Shown in pieces: positions 12,808 to 23,966 of a DNA stretch of 64,000 nt. Under the pieces are notes generated by a model, which saw only the letters and a program-made list of their open reading frames with translations, ran no database searches and was not told the DNA's origin. Source of the stretch: Massalongia carnosa (taxonomy: Eukaryota); NCBI GenBank assembly GCA_965645245.1, contig OZ287071.1:2480001-2544000 (forward strand), written 5' to 3'. The position numbers and the translations under genes are program-made. How positions within the stretch are numbered: the first letter of the stretch is position 1; the number at the start of each line of letters is the position of its first letter.

Positions 12808-13977
12808 ATGCTTCAATTCATTCCCCGTCCAGACTACCGTACCCTCTTGCCACCTCTCCTCGCCTGTCTCCCCACAGCGTTTGTATCACAGCGACCGCCA
12901 CCAGCGTTATTGCCTCTCCTTTCGCCAATTCTTAGGCAAAGGGTCCAGCTGCTTGCTACCGCCACATCATCACCGTCAGATTCTTGGCTCGCGTTACTAT
13001 GCTGGGAGCCAGCCCAGGCGGACAAGCTTGCCAGCATAGTTGAGAGCGACAGATTTGAGCTGCATCCTGTGTCCGGCGAGATTGATTTTGGAGATGTCGC
13101 CGATATCGAGTATAGGCGGCTTGATGAAGAGACGCTCCATGCTAGGCTGGTCATATTAGACCTTGATTTGGTGGTGGTATATGTGTTGTGCCAGGGTGAT
13201 GAAGAAGGCGGCGGTGATGGTTGGCGTGTATCAGAGGTTATGCCTCTGCAAGGCCTGGGGGATCACAGCTCGCAAAATTGGTGGGGATCAATCTCAGAGG
13301 CTGATAAAAGGTTACAAGAGAAGCTTATGGTAGATGTGCCAAAAGAGAGCTCACGTTCTGGGCTAAGCGTCCCGACCATCCAAGAGCCCCGCACCAAAGA
13401 GCTTGGAACTATGGGTGATGACGATGATAATTATTGGGCACAATACGATGGTACACCTGGAAGGTCGCCTAGACTAAATCTATCTGCACCATCAGATGTA
13501 ATACCAAGTGGAAACGCTCCTCGGCGGACCACGTCGGATGCCGAATATTTCGCAAGGTATGGACATGTTCAGCCAGAAATGGATGGTGATGATCCGTCCG
13601 AGGATCAGAAGTCTTTAGGAGAATCTTCACTCAATGGCAATGTCATGATGGCTGCGCTCAGTCATATTCCGTCCAACGGAAATCGCAGGGCACCGCAGTT
13701 GGAGACACGACACAACAACCTTGAGCGATATCCTGACGAGTCAGAAATAAACCACCTGACAGCTTCAACTCCTTCTATAGAGTCCATAGCCGTATCGCGG
13801 CTCGAGGGCTCGGCTGCCTCTCAGTCCCATTGTGAAGTAGCGATAAGACAGCATGTTAGCACTAGTATCAAAAGCTTGTTCCGCCTTACCCGAAGCGCAG
13901 GGATGGAGAGGCAAGAGTTTGATGAGCTTGTTCGCACGGAGCTTGATACGTTAAGTCTGATGGACGAGGATAATTGA
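12808..13977 (+). CDS. Hypothetical protein, 389 aa, single exon
   Basis: Long uninterrupted ORF with protein-like composition (LLPPLLACLPTAFVSQRPPPALLPLLSPILRQRV N-terminus, DDDDNYWAQYD, IRQHVSTSIKSLFRL C-terminus). No functional domain recognised. Confidence 0.8.
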   Translation: MLQFIPRPDYRTLLPPLLACLPTAFVSQRPPPALLPLLSPILRQRVQLLATATSSPSDSWLALLCWEPAQADKLASIVESDRFELHPVSGEIDFGDVADIEYRRLDEETLHARLVILDLDLVVVYVLCQGDEEGGGDGWRVSEVMPLQGLGDHSSQNWWGSISEADKRLQEKLMVDVPKESSRSGLSVPTIQEPRTKELGTMGDDDDNYWAQYDGTPGRSPRLNLSAPSDVIPSGNAPRRTTSDAEYFARYGHVQPEMDGDDPSEDQKSLGESSLNGNVMMAALSHIPSNGNRRAPQLETRHNNLERYPDESEINHLTASTPSIESIAVSRLEGSAASQSHCEVAIRQHVSTSIKSLFRLTRSAGMERQEFDELVRTELDTLSLMDEDN

Positions 13978-14470
13978 TATAGCAACGGGAGCATATTCTG
14001 CACGATGGAGTGAAAGGGTATGTATGCTGTCACAGTGGAACATATTACATAGCTTTGAATGTAATCAGAGTTATTACTCAAGGTCAACCATGACTTAAGT
14101 AGCCTTGTGAAAGCTTAATACCCTCCTGATAATCATGGTTTGTATTCTGCTATCGATATTTCTTCGGAACTCCTGACAAGCTTGAGAGGACTCACGGCGT
14201 GAACCCTGCAAGGAGGCGCAACTAACGTTAAAAGCTTGGCAGGGAAAAAGGTGCTTGTCAAGCTAAGGACACGATACCTTAAAGGCTCTCTCCATTTCAT
14301 GTACCTCCGTCTTTGAAGGAGATATAGTCTCTTATTGCGTCTCATTATTCGCTTTCGTCTATGTATGAACCTGCTTTCTTATACTTTTGATTGCATTATA
14401 CCCTCAGGAGGATCCGGAAAAGATTCACTAACAACGCCCCTTAGATTCGGTTCTTATCTTCCATTTCGCC

Positions 14471-17040
14471 ATGACCTCTACCTCTTCGGTGAGGCAGCGC
14501 GGTGGACAAATACCTGGAAGACCTACTACTCCATCAGCATCACCCCAGGCAAACAAGTCGGAGGGATTGCTAAAGGAGAAAGATATTAAATCCACCATCA
14601 CATCCGAATGGGACTATAAGCTTGCGCTGTCGGTCATTACAGCGTTGGCGTTTCTGACAAGATTCTGGGGCATTGGGCATCCCAATGAAGTGGTCTTTGA
14701 TGAGGTACATTTCGGAAAGGTATGGAGCTTGAGAATGTCAAAGAGCCGTAAACTCGGCCACTCCTAAAGTCAGAAAGTAAATGCTGATACTTTACGATCG
14801 ATAGTTTGCTTCGTACTATTTGCAAAGAACGTACTTCTTCGATGTTCATCCGCCCTTTGGAAAACTCCTCTTTGCGCTAATGGGCTGGTTCGTTGGATAC
14901 GACGGGCACTTTCTATTCGATAATATTGGAGATTCCTATATCTCCAACAACGTCCCATATGTCGCTTTCCGTGCACTGCCTGCGTTCCTGGGGGCACTGA
15001 CCGTATCTACAGTCTTTCTAATCATGTGGGAATCGGGATATACTTTACCGGCTGCAACTGTGGCTGCGGGTCTTGTCCTGTTTGATAATGCTCACATTGG
15101 CCAGACTCGATTGATTTTACTAGACGCAACGCTAGTCTTCGCTATGTCTGTCAGTGTCTTATGCTATGTGCGATTCTATAAACTGCGGCACGACCCGTTC
15201 TCCCGCAAATGGTGGAAGTGGCTCCTGCTCACTGGGGTTTCTCTAAGCTGTGTAATATCCACCAAATACGTGGGAGTTTTTACATTTTTCACAATCGGGT
15301 CTGCTGTGGCGATTGATCTTTGGGGTCTACTTGACATCAACAGGCGGAACGGAGCTTTGACGCTTCCAGAATTCGGAAAGCATTTTGCGGCCCGTGTGTT
15401 TGGACTGATTCTGGTGCCGTTCTTCTTCTACTTATTCTGGTTTCAGGTTCACTTTTCAATCTTGAGCAAGTCCGGACCAGGAGATGATTTTATGTCTCCG
15501 GAATTCCAAGAGACCTTGAGTGACAATGTGATGACTTCCCAGTCCGTCACAATTGACTATTATGATGCGATTACCATTAGGCACAAGGAAACAAAAACTT
15601 ATCTGCACAGTCACCCAGATAAATATCCGCTACGCTACGATGATGGGAGAGTGTCTAGTCAAGGGCAACAAGTTACAGGGTATCCCTTTAACGATACCAA
15701 TAACCATTGGCAAATCATACCAATGAACCCTTTTCCGAAGGACGATACTTCAAGCCATCACGTTAAACACGGAGATGTCATCAAGCTCCGGCATCTGGTG
15801 ACGAATACCTATCTTCTATCCCATGACGTGGCCTCGCCATATTATCCTACAAACCAAGAGTTTACCACAGTGCCGCTCGAAGATGCGGAGGGAGATCGAT
15901 TCAATGATACTTTGTTTGAGTTGAAGATTGAGAACGCTAAACCAGATCAGGACTTCAAAAGCATGTCGGGACACTTCAAATTAATTCACTATCCCACTAA
16001 GGTAGCCATGTGGACGCACACGACCCCTTTGCCGGACTGGGCCTTCAAGCAAGCAGAGATTAATGGTAACAAGAATACTCAGCAATCCAGCAATGTCTGG
16101 TACGTGGATGAAATCCCCTCGCTGCCTGCAAACAGCGAGCGTGCATTGAAAGAACCAAAAAAAGTCAAGCATATACCATTCTTGACGAAGTATATTGAGC
16201 TCCAAAGAGCCATTTTCTTCCACAATAATGCGTTGACAAGCAGCCACCCTTATGCTAGTCAGCCCGTTCACTGGCCTTTTCTCCTCCGTGGGGTAAGTTT
16301 CTGGACGCAAAACGATACGAGACAGCAAATATACTTTCTAGGTAATCCTATAGGCTGGTGGCTAGCAAGTAGTTTACTGGCTGTCTTTGCTGGCATTGTT
16401 GGTGCGGATCAGTTATCTTTACGACGAGGCATAGACAGTTTGGAAGAGCGTGAGTTCATCCCTTTCCAATGTATTTCCCATCCTTCTGTTCCTGCCATCT
16501 GCCCCCCTTTTACGCAAACTTCAACACGTGTTTCATTGAATGACAACGAGAAATCTAACCCCAGTCTGGGGCTCAGGAACGCGTTCTCGTCTCTACAACT
16601 CCACGGGCTTCTTCTTTCTCTGCTGGGCAGCTCACTACCTCCCTTTCTATCTCATGGGCCGCCAACTCTTCCTGCATCATTATCTACCTGCCCATCTGGC
16701 CTCCGCCTTGGTGACAGGCGCACTCCTAGAATTCATTTTCAACATTGACCCCATAGATGTTACTGAACAGCCATCATCCAGCGGTCCTGGCGGTAAATCT
16801 ATTGGAACGAAGAAAGGGAGTGGAGGGATCAAGGTGACAGAACAGAGAAATTTGACAGCGAGGCAGAGGCTGGGTGGGCAGAGCTTGCTAGCGCTGTGGG
16901 CGGCCTCAGGCGTTGTAATGACGATTATAATAGGAGGGTGGTGGTATTTCTTACCACTCACGTATGGAAAGCCTGGGTTGACTGCTGAGCAAGTTGTGGC
17001 GAGGAAATGGTTGGGCTATGATCTTCACTTTGCGAAATAA
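14471..17040 (+). CDS. PMT4: Dolichyl-phosphate-mannose-protein O-mannosyltransferase, PMT4 subfamily
   Basis: Exons 14471-14719, 14805-16449, 16577-17040 (785 aa). [27 protein letters not shown] catalytic loop, MIR domains (LHSH, QQVTGY, LLSHDV), HPYAS, RQLFLHHYLP. The [15 protein letters not shown] form matches PMT4. Confidence 0.95.
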
Positions 17041-17659
17041 GCGAAATGACACGTATGAGTGAGCTTGGAAGGGAAGAAGTTAGAAAGGAGGTTGAACCGG
17101 AACGGAGAATAAAAGGACTGGTAAGACGGGTTATCTGGATTCTTTGCTCGTTTTTGATGCTTTAGCGGGAGAATATGGTGGTATCGCATATGGAGGCGGA
17201 TTTGTACAGTAATTAGGCAATTTACCCTCTCGTCCGGGGTTTTTTTCAAAGACACGTCCTCGGATTCTTATTCTCCAAATCACGTAATGACAAAGGACAT
17301 CACGCTTTCAAGCTGTCTGTTCCAATCAAGATGTATGTCTTCCGTACTCTGTACGATAAAGGAGAAGTTAGATCACGTGCTCCAAAGCCGTAGCTCCAAG
17401 ACCCTGAATTAGGGAAAGGGAAGATGGAGGCATTCCGAAGATATGCCGATAAACCTTCCATTTATGGTCAACTCTCTACCTTCACTGTGCCGACAGACAT
17501 CCTACAAGCAACTGTGTCTCTTGAAAGTTTTCACGGCATGTCCAGCGTTTGCCTCGGTCAACTCCATCAATCAGATACTGCTTCAGGACCGTCCGTCTCA
17601 GAGAACTCACCCCAAACCAATTCCGTCATCTTGGGTAATCAAGCATCAGCAGCCTCAGG

Positions 17660-20600
17660 ATGGTCTTCCTCTCGATATGCATCGCCTTGTACGATTATGT
17701 TCCTCAAGGCGATAACGAGTTGGCTATTAAGGAGGGAGAGTTGATTTATATTCTCGAAAAGAGTGCCGAGGATGACTGGTGGAAGGCGAAGAAGAGGGCG
17801 CCCGGGGAGGTGGAGGAGGAGCCAGTGGGATTAATCCCCTACAACTATGTTGAAGAAGTGAGTGGATTCTTTCAGTATGCCTAAGTGGAGGATGTAACAT
17901 CTTCAAACCTCGAAGCTGCAGAAGCGTGTAGATAATATCCTATATCTCCATTCATTACCTTTCTTCGAATCGGCTAGATACTGACTTTGCTTAGGCTCCA
18001 GCAATCCATCGGGCAAAGGCACTCTATGACTATACGCGACAAACTGATGAAGAAATCTCTTTCTCAGAAGATGCAGCGCTCCTTGTGTACGACACCACAG
18101 ATCCAGATTGGACCTTGGTTGGATTGGATGGGGAATTCGGCTTCGCGCCTGCCAATTATATTGAAATATCTAGCGACACCGACCAGAGATCCCCAGTATC
18201 GACACTATCTCCACAGCTACCTTCGCGGGAAAGGGTAAGTGAGAGCCCAAATATGGAGTCGAGAGGGGCCTCGTCGTCAGGCGCGGCTGCTGCGCTCGCA
18301 GGAATAATCCATAACCAAACACCCGGAAAGCCATCCAGCACCACACGCTCTATCGATTCTACACCCCCAAATATAGTACTACCCCGTCGACGGCCTCAAT
18401 ACACCCCGGAAGAGTCGGATGAGGAACCGCCTTCCCCGCCAGCACCGTCATTACCTCAACGACCGCCTTCAGAGCCGCCTTCCCCTCCTAGGAATCAGCA
18501 CGTCTTTCCCAGAAGCCCGGAATCTGCAACTTTCATTGCATCTCCCCCTTACAACCATGGGATGCAACACGAGGAAGATCCCATGCGGAGTCCTTCGATG
18601 AGGAGTCCTTCTGGCGGATTCCATCTTTACAACATCAATGAAATGGTATCAGCCCTTGGAAAGAAGAAGAAGATGCCGACAACGCTCGGCTTGAATGCCG
18701 CAACGGGGAAAATAATGATTGCGCCTGAGAAATCGCGAGATGGACCACAACAGGAGTGGACTGCTGAGAAGCTTACACATTACTCGATAGAAGGGAAGCA
18801 TGTGTTCATGGAGCTTGTACGACCAAGCAAGAGTATCGACTTTCATGCCGGGGCAAAGGACACCGCTCAGGAGATCGTTTCGATGCTAGGCGAGATCGCA
18901 GGTGCTGCGCGGGCGGAAGGTTTGCGAGAGGTATTGGCAGCGGCGGGTTCGGGTGGTGGGCAGAAAAAGGGCCATATATTGTATGACTTCATGGCCCAAG
19001 GTGACGATGAGGTCACCGTCGCTGTCGGGGACGAAGTAATTGTAGTTGACGACACCAAAAGCGATGAATGGTGGATGATTAGGAGGTTGAAAAACGGCAA
19101 AGAGGGTGTTGTACCCAGTAGTTATATCGAACACACCGGCATGACGACCCCACCAACCAGCAGCACCGGGCTGAAGGCTGCGAAATCTATCGTTAAACAG
19201 AACCGCCTAGAAGAGGAGAGGTTAGCCAAGGAGGTTGCAAGGTCATCAAAGACTCGCGGAGGTGATGCAAGAGGCTCAGAGGTAGGCCCAGGCGTCATGT
19301 TACCCAAACGTGGCAGCAGCCTTATGAGTGCAAACAATGGTAACCAAAGCGCTTCACAGAGAAGTAAGAGAGATATTAAAGGCCTTGGACGATCGGGTTC
19401 TCCGTCCAAATCTAGTGAGAAACCCAGCAACCTAAACGAGACAGCGAGGCTAACATTTCTTATCAGAACCTGACCCATCGAAGACACGGACGTGGACAGA
19501 TAGATCAGGATCGTTCAAGGTCGAGGCCGAGTTCATTGGTTTAAAGGACGGCAAGATACACTTGCACAAGCTGAACGGAGTCAAGATTGCGGTTTCGGTT
19601 GTTAAAATGGCCAGTGAAGACCTGGAATACGTCGAGCGTGTAACAGGAGTCTCCCTTGATGATGACAAGCCGTTATCAGAAATCCGCCGGAGAAGCCTTC
19701 AAGCAGCGGGTAAAGTGGAGCGTAAGAATTCACAATCTACCACGTCCGCTTCAAAGCCTGTGACTCCAGCTGAAACACCAAAAACAGAACCAAAAGCCCC
19801 GGAATACGATTGGTTTGACTTTTTCCTGAAAGCTGGAGTAAACCCCTATCAATGTGAGCGATATGCGTTCAATTTCAACAAAGACTCCATGGACGAAACC
19901 GTACTACCTGACATTACTCCGTCCGTCTTGCGGACCTTAGGTCTCAAAGAAGGAGACGTGATACGGGTTACCAAGTTTTTGGACTCGAAATACGGACGAA
20001 CAGGTCTTAAATCAAAGCTTAGGAATGTCAGTTTTGCAGGGGATGAGGTAATCAAAGCAGATGAAGAAGGCAGTGGGACTACCTCGCCCGTGGGTACTAG
20101 TGGAGGTCTCTTCTCAGGTCCTAGTGGAGCACTACGAAATAATACTCGAAAGGGACGTCCCGCTCCTGCCGTACAGAATGACGATGTTGTGGACGCGAAG
20201 GCATTCAGGCAGAGAGGAGATTCTATGAAGCGAGAGGACCGCATAGAGCCAAGGCAACCAACATTGGAAACTTTGCCCGAGAAGAAACCTACAAGCGGCT
20301 TTGATGATGATGCATGGGATGTAAAGCCTTCGAAACAAATACATGGTGTACCACAACCAACATCGTCTACTCAGACCCCGGCATCTACAGCGTCTTCACA
20401 GCCTGCGTTGACTGGCGCATTGGCAGAGCTCTCACTACTCTCGACACCTTTGCAGCCAACGGTGATACATAGTAATGGTGCACAAAAACCTCATACACAG
20501 GAACTATCTCAACTGAATATCCAATCGCAAATACAACCTACTGGTACTTCCCAGTCTTTCTTCTCTCAGCTCACGCAACAACCAACGGGCCAACAATTGC

Positions 20601-21685
20601 AACAACAGTTGGGTCCCCCAGCCCCGAATTTTAGTAGCCAACAAACTTTCCCAAATCAACAGCCTCCTCAGCAAGTCTCGGCTCCACGCCAACGACCACA
20701 AGCGCCTCAAACCATTCAACAAGGCTCTCTGATGCTTCCTCCTCCACCCCGCCCTTTGTCTGCACCACAAAATGTGTCTCAAAATAACAATTTTGGCCCT
20801 CCTCCGCTACAACCACAATTAACTGGCGCTCAGAATCAAAATAACTTTCAAAACCACATCGCGTCTCCTAGCCTGAATCTGAATAGCTTAGATCAACTCC
20901 GTCTTCAGCAGCAGCAGCAGCAGCAGCAACAATATGGTCAACAGTCAGTATATCCGCAGCAAACAGGTTTGATATCACAGCCAACAGGTTTCATACCCCA
21001 GCAAAATCTAGCACTAGGTCAATTTGGGAACGGATTACCTGTTCAGCAGACGGGATATGGACAACAAATTCAAGCGCCTGTACCATATCAAAACCAACAG
21101 CCTTTCTTTGCCACCCAACAGACCAGCAGCTCCTTTGCAGATCCCAGGTCGCAGCAATCGCAGCAAGCAGGGCCTTTCCAGCAACAGATGACTTCCCAAC
21201 AACCACTCGCCTCCCACCTGAGCGGCTATCCCCAAGCTCAAACCCCCATGCAAACTCCGTCCATAAACTCCATGCTTCCCCCACCCCTTCAACCCCAACT
21301 CACCGCTGCGCCGAACGGTTTCGGCCCCCCCCCCATCAACGGATATTCTGCTGCCGCCGGCCGATCCGTGTTTGGCCATCCTCCACCTCCCATTCCAACA
21401 TCGTCGCCCTTCCAATCATCTCTGCCACAATCTCAGCCTCAGACGCCTCTGCAGCCGCAGAAAACAGGGCCCCCACCTTCGATCCGCTTTGGCGTTAACG
21501 CTGACCCCAAAAGACTCGTCCCGCAGGCTACGGGGCGCAAAGCGAACCTTTCACATGCTAGTAAGTTGTCTTGTATCTAGCTCCTAAGGGAGGAGAGCAA
21601 GGTGTCGGCTATAGGTTTTTAGAAGTAATAGTTTACTGACATTGGCTTTCTCGCAGCGCCGCAGAACCCATTTGGGTTTGGATGA
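17660..21685 (+). CDS. SLA1: Endocytic adaptor / actin cytoskeleton regulator Sla1
   Basis: Exons 17660-17857, 17995-19414, 19467-21560, 21657-21685 (1246 aa). Three SH3 domains (ALYDY...DDWW; ALYDY...DPDW; LYDF...DEWW), SHD1 (RTWTDRSGSFKVEAEF), SAM-like SHD2 (YDWFDFFL), LxxQxTG repeats, terminal NPF. Confidence 0.95.
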
Positions 21686-23966
21686 GCAAGTTTTTGACAC
21701 GATGGTTTTCCCAGGCGGGAAACTGCTCCGAGTGAGGGAGAATCTTGATTATAGTCCCCCTCAATCAAACGAGAAGAGTGACCACTCTATGGCGATGGAT
21801 GAACGGGGGTGTCGAACGCGAAGGAAAGACATTTGGCTGCCTGTGACCTAAACCCCCGTCAGCCAGAGTCCTTGTGTGCATACCAATGCCATTTGCACAT
21901 GATCTCGTATCGTTTTGTTTCGTTTTGTTTCATAGCATCGTATAGCGAAACATGTGTATCAATCATCCACATTTACCAATCTACCTACCTTCCTAAGCAA
22001 ACCCCAACACGGCGTGACGCGAAAAGGAAAACAGACTAACTACCTATTATTTTATATAAGCAATTTGGACCCGTTTCCCTTTCCTCTCCTTTCCTTTTCA
22101 TGTTCCTTTTCCTTTTCTTCTCACTTCTCTCTATTTTATTTTGTCTTATCTTCATTTTTTTTATTTAGATTTAGATTCGAAATTCAGGTTCATTGATTTT
22201 CTTTATTTATATAGGTAGGTAGGTAGGGTACACATCAAATCTTGCTGTTTTCATATAACACTTCTATTGATAAGGGAATGAGGATTGGGAAATGGAGAGG
22301 GGGGTGAAGAATGTTTGAAATTATGGGGAAACACAGCAGGAAGAATGAATGAATGAATGACTGCGTTTCCTTACGTTCATTTCTTTTTTTTTCGATATTA
22401 ACACATATGCATATTTTTTTTTCAATTTTCGATTTTCTTCTCTTCTTTCTCCTTTCTGCCTATCCCTTTCTTTTTTCCTCTGATCATATATAATCATAGT
22501 GTTCTTATTACTATTTAAAATCCTACTTCTGTCTTTTAATCTCTTGATTATTTCCAAAAAGGGGAGGAGGGACTCTCCATCTCAAATCGAATAAGGGATA
22601 GAACCAATCGTCTATTTTCCATATTTTCAACCTTTCATCCGCGTTTCTACGATTTTGGGGTTCCGAAGAGCTTTGCTTGTTTGATTACTTACTTGCTTGC
22701 TCGTTATACATACAAACTCTCTTGAGAAACTTTGTGAAATTAGATATGTTGATAAATAAGGAAGATAGATAATTAAGTTTTTTTAGGACTTTTCGACTTG
22801 AAGCTTTGAAGCTTTCGAGGCTTTCGGAAGTTTTAACTTTTGTCAAATAGAGCTTGATGAAAAAAGGAAAGAAAGAATGAAAGGGCGATGGATCTTTTCG
22901 AGGAGTGAGAGAGAAGTGTTAGAGGCATTAGAGGGGGATTAAAGGGTAGGAAGAGGGATAGAGAGTGGATAGAGGACAATGGGAGACGAGAAAAGGAAGA
23001 AGATTCACGTTAGAAATACCCAAGTGTAGAGTACGAGCTGAAACCTTCCTTCTAGGCTCAAGAAGTTCTTTTTCTCTTTTCGGATAAAACTGAGAAGATC
23101 ACACACAAAGAGTATCGAAACTGATGATGAGGATGATGAAGGACTTTAATTGCTCAATTGACGAGTTCTGGCTATTGTCTGAGGATGGTTTGATGCTGTT
23201 TGCAAGAGATTTTGAACAGGTAGATGCAGAGTTCAGGATTCGGATATAGGAAAGACCTATGTCCATCGGACAGGCTTTGACGAGTAGAAGGGAGGGGAAA
23301 GGGCGGAAATAGAGAATGGGATAGACAACAAGAGTGCGGGGGAAGGAACGATGATGAATACTGAGCGAAGGCTTGATATTTGTGTACGATCTAATAGTTA
23401 GATAATACTTATACTACTCAAAAACTCAGGTTGCTCCTAGTTAGATCAGCATCTCCATATAAAACCACTCACTATACTGCCTGTGTTTCTAAACATATAT
23501 AATCAAGGTAATACTATCCCCTAATCCAAAAAAATGAACAGAAAAATAAACGGAATAAACATAGGAGACTAATGAATTTTCTCGAGAATATTCCTTCACG
23601 GGAGGCATCCGCGACGAATGATATATATGAGAAGCTAAGGATGAGATGTCGATGCTCTTTGGAACTCGGTGAGAATAATCCGTGAACTGGATGAGCAAGA
23701 TCGCGCAGAGCTAGAGCAGGATGGAGATGTAACGACGCTCGATGTCCTTCGACTTTCCGACATTGAAGGGTTCACCAGATTCGAGAGGAGAATCCAAACT
23801 CCGACCCAGATTCAGGGCTGCGCTCTCATTAGCTTCGGCTGTGAAAAAGACCGAGACAACCCTCGGAACTTCAGGGTTAATAGATCCTAGCTGCATACCT
23901 CTTCCTACAAACATGTAATTTGAATCTTGCTATTAATACCTACAGCCATGTCCTTGATCAATAGAA

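Noticed and set aside
23120..23185. ATGATGA...CTGA as a C/D snoRNA
   Set aside because: The C-box lies in a GAT-repeat run, spacing is short and there is no terminal stem or recognised guide.
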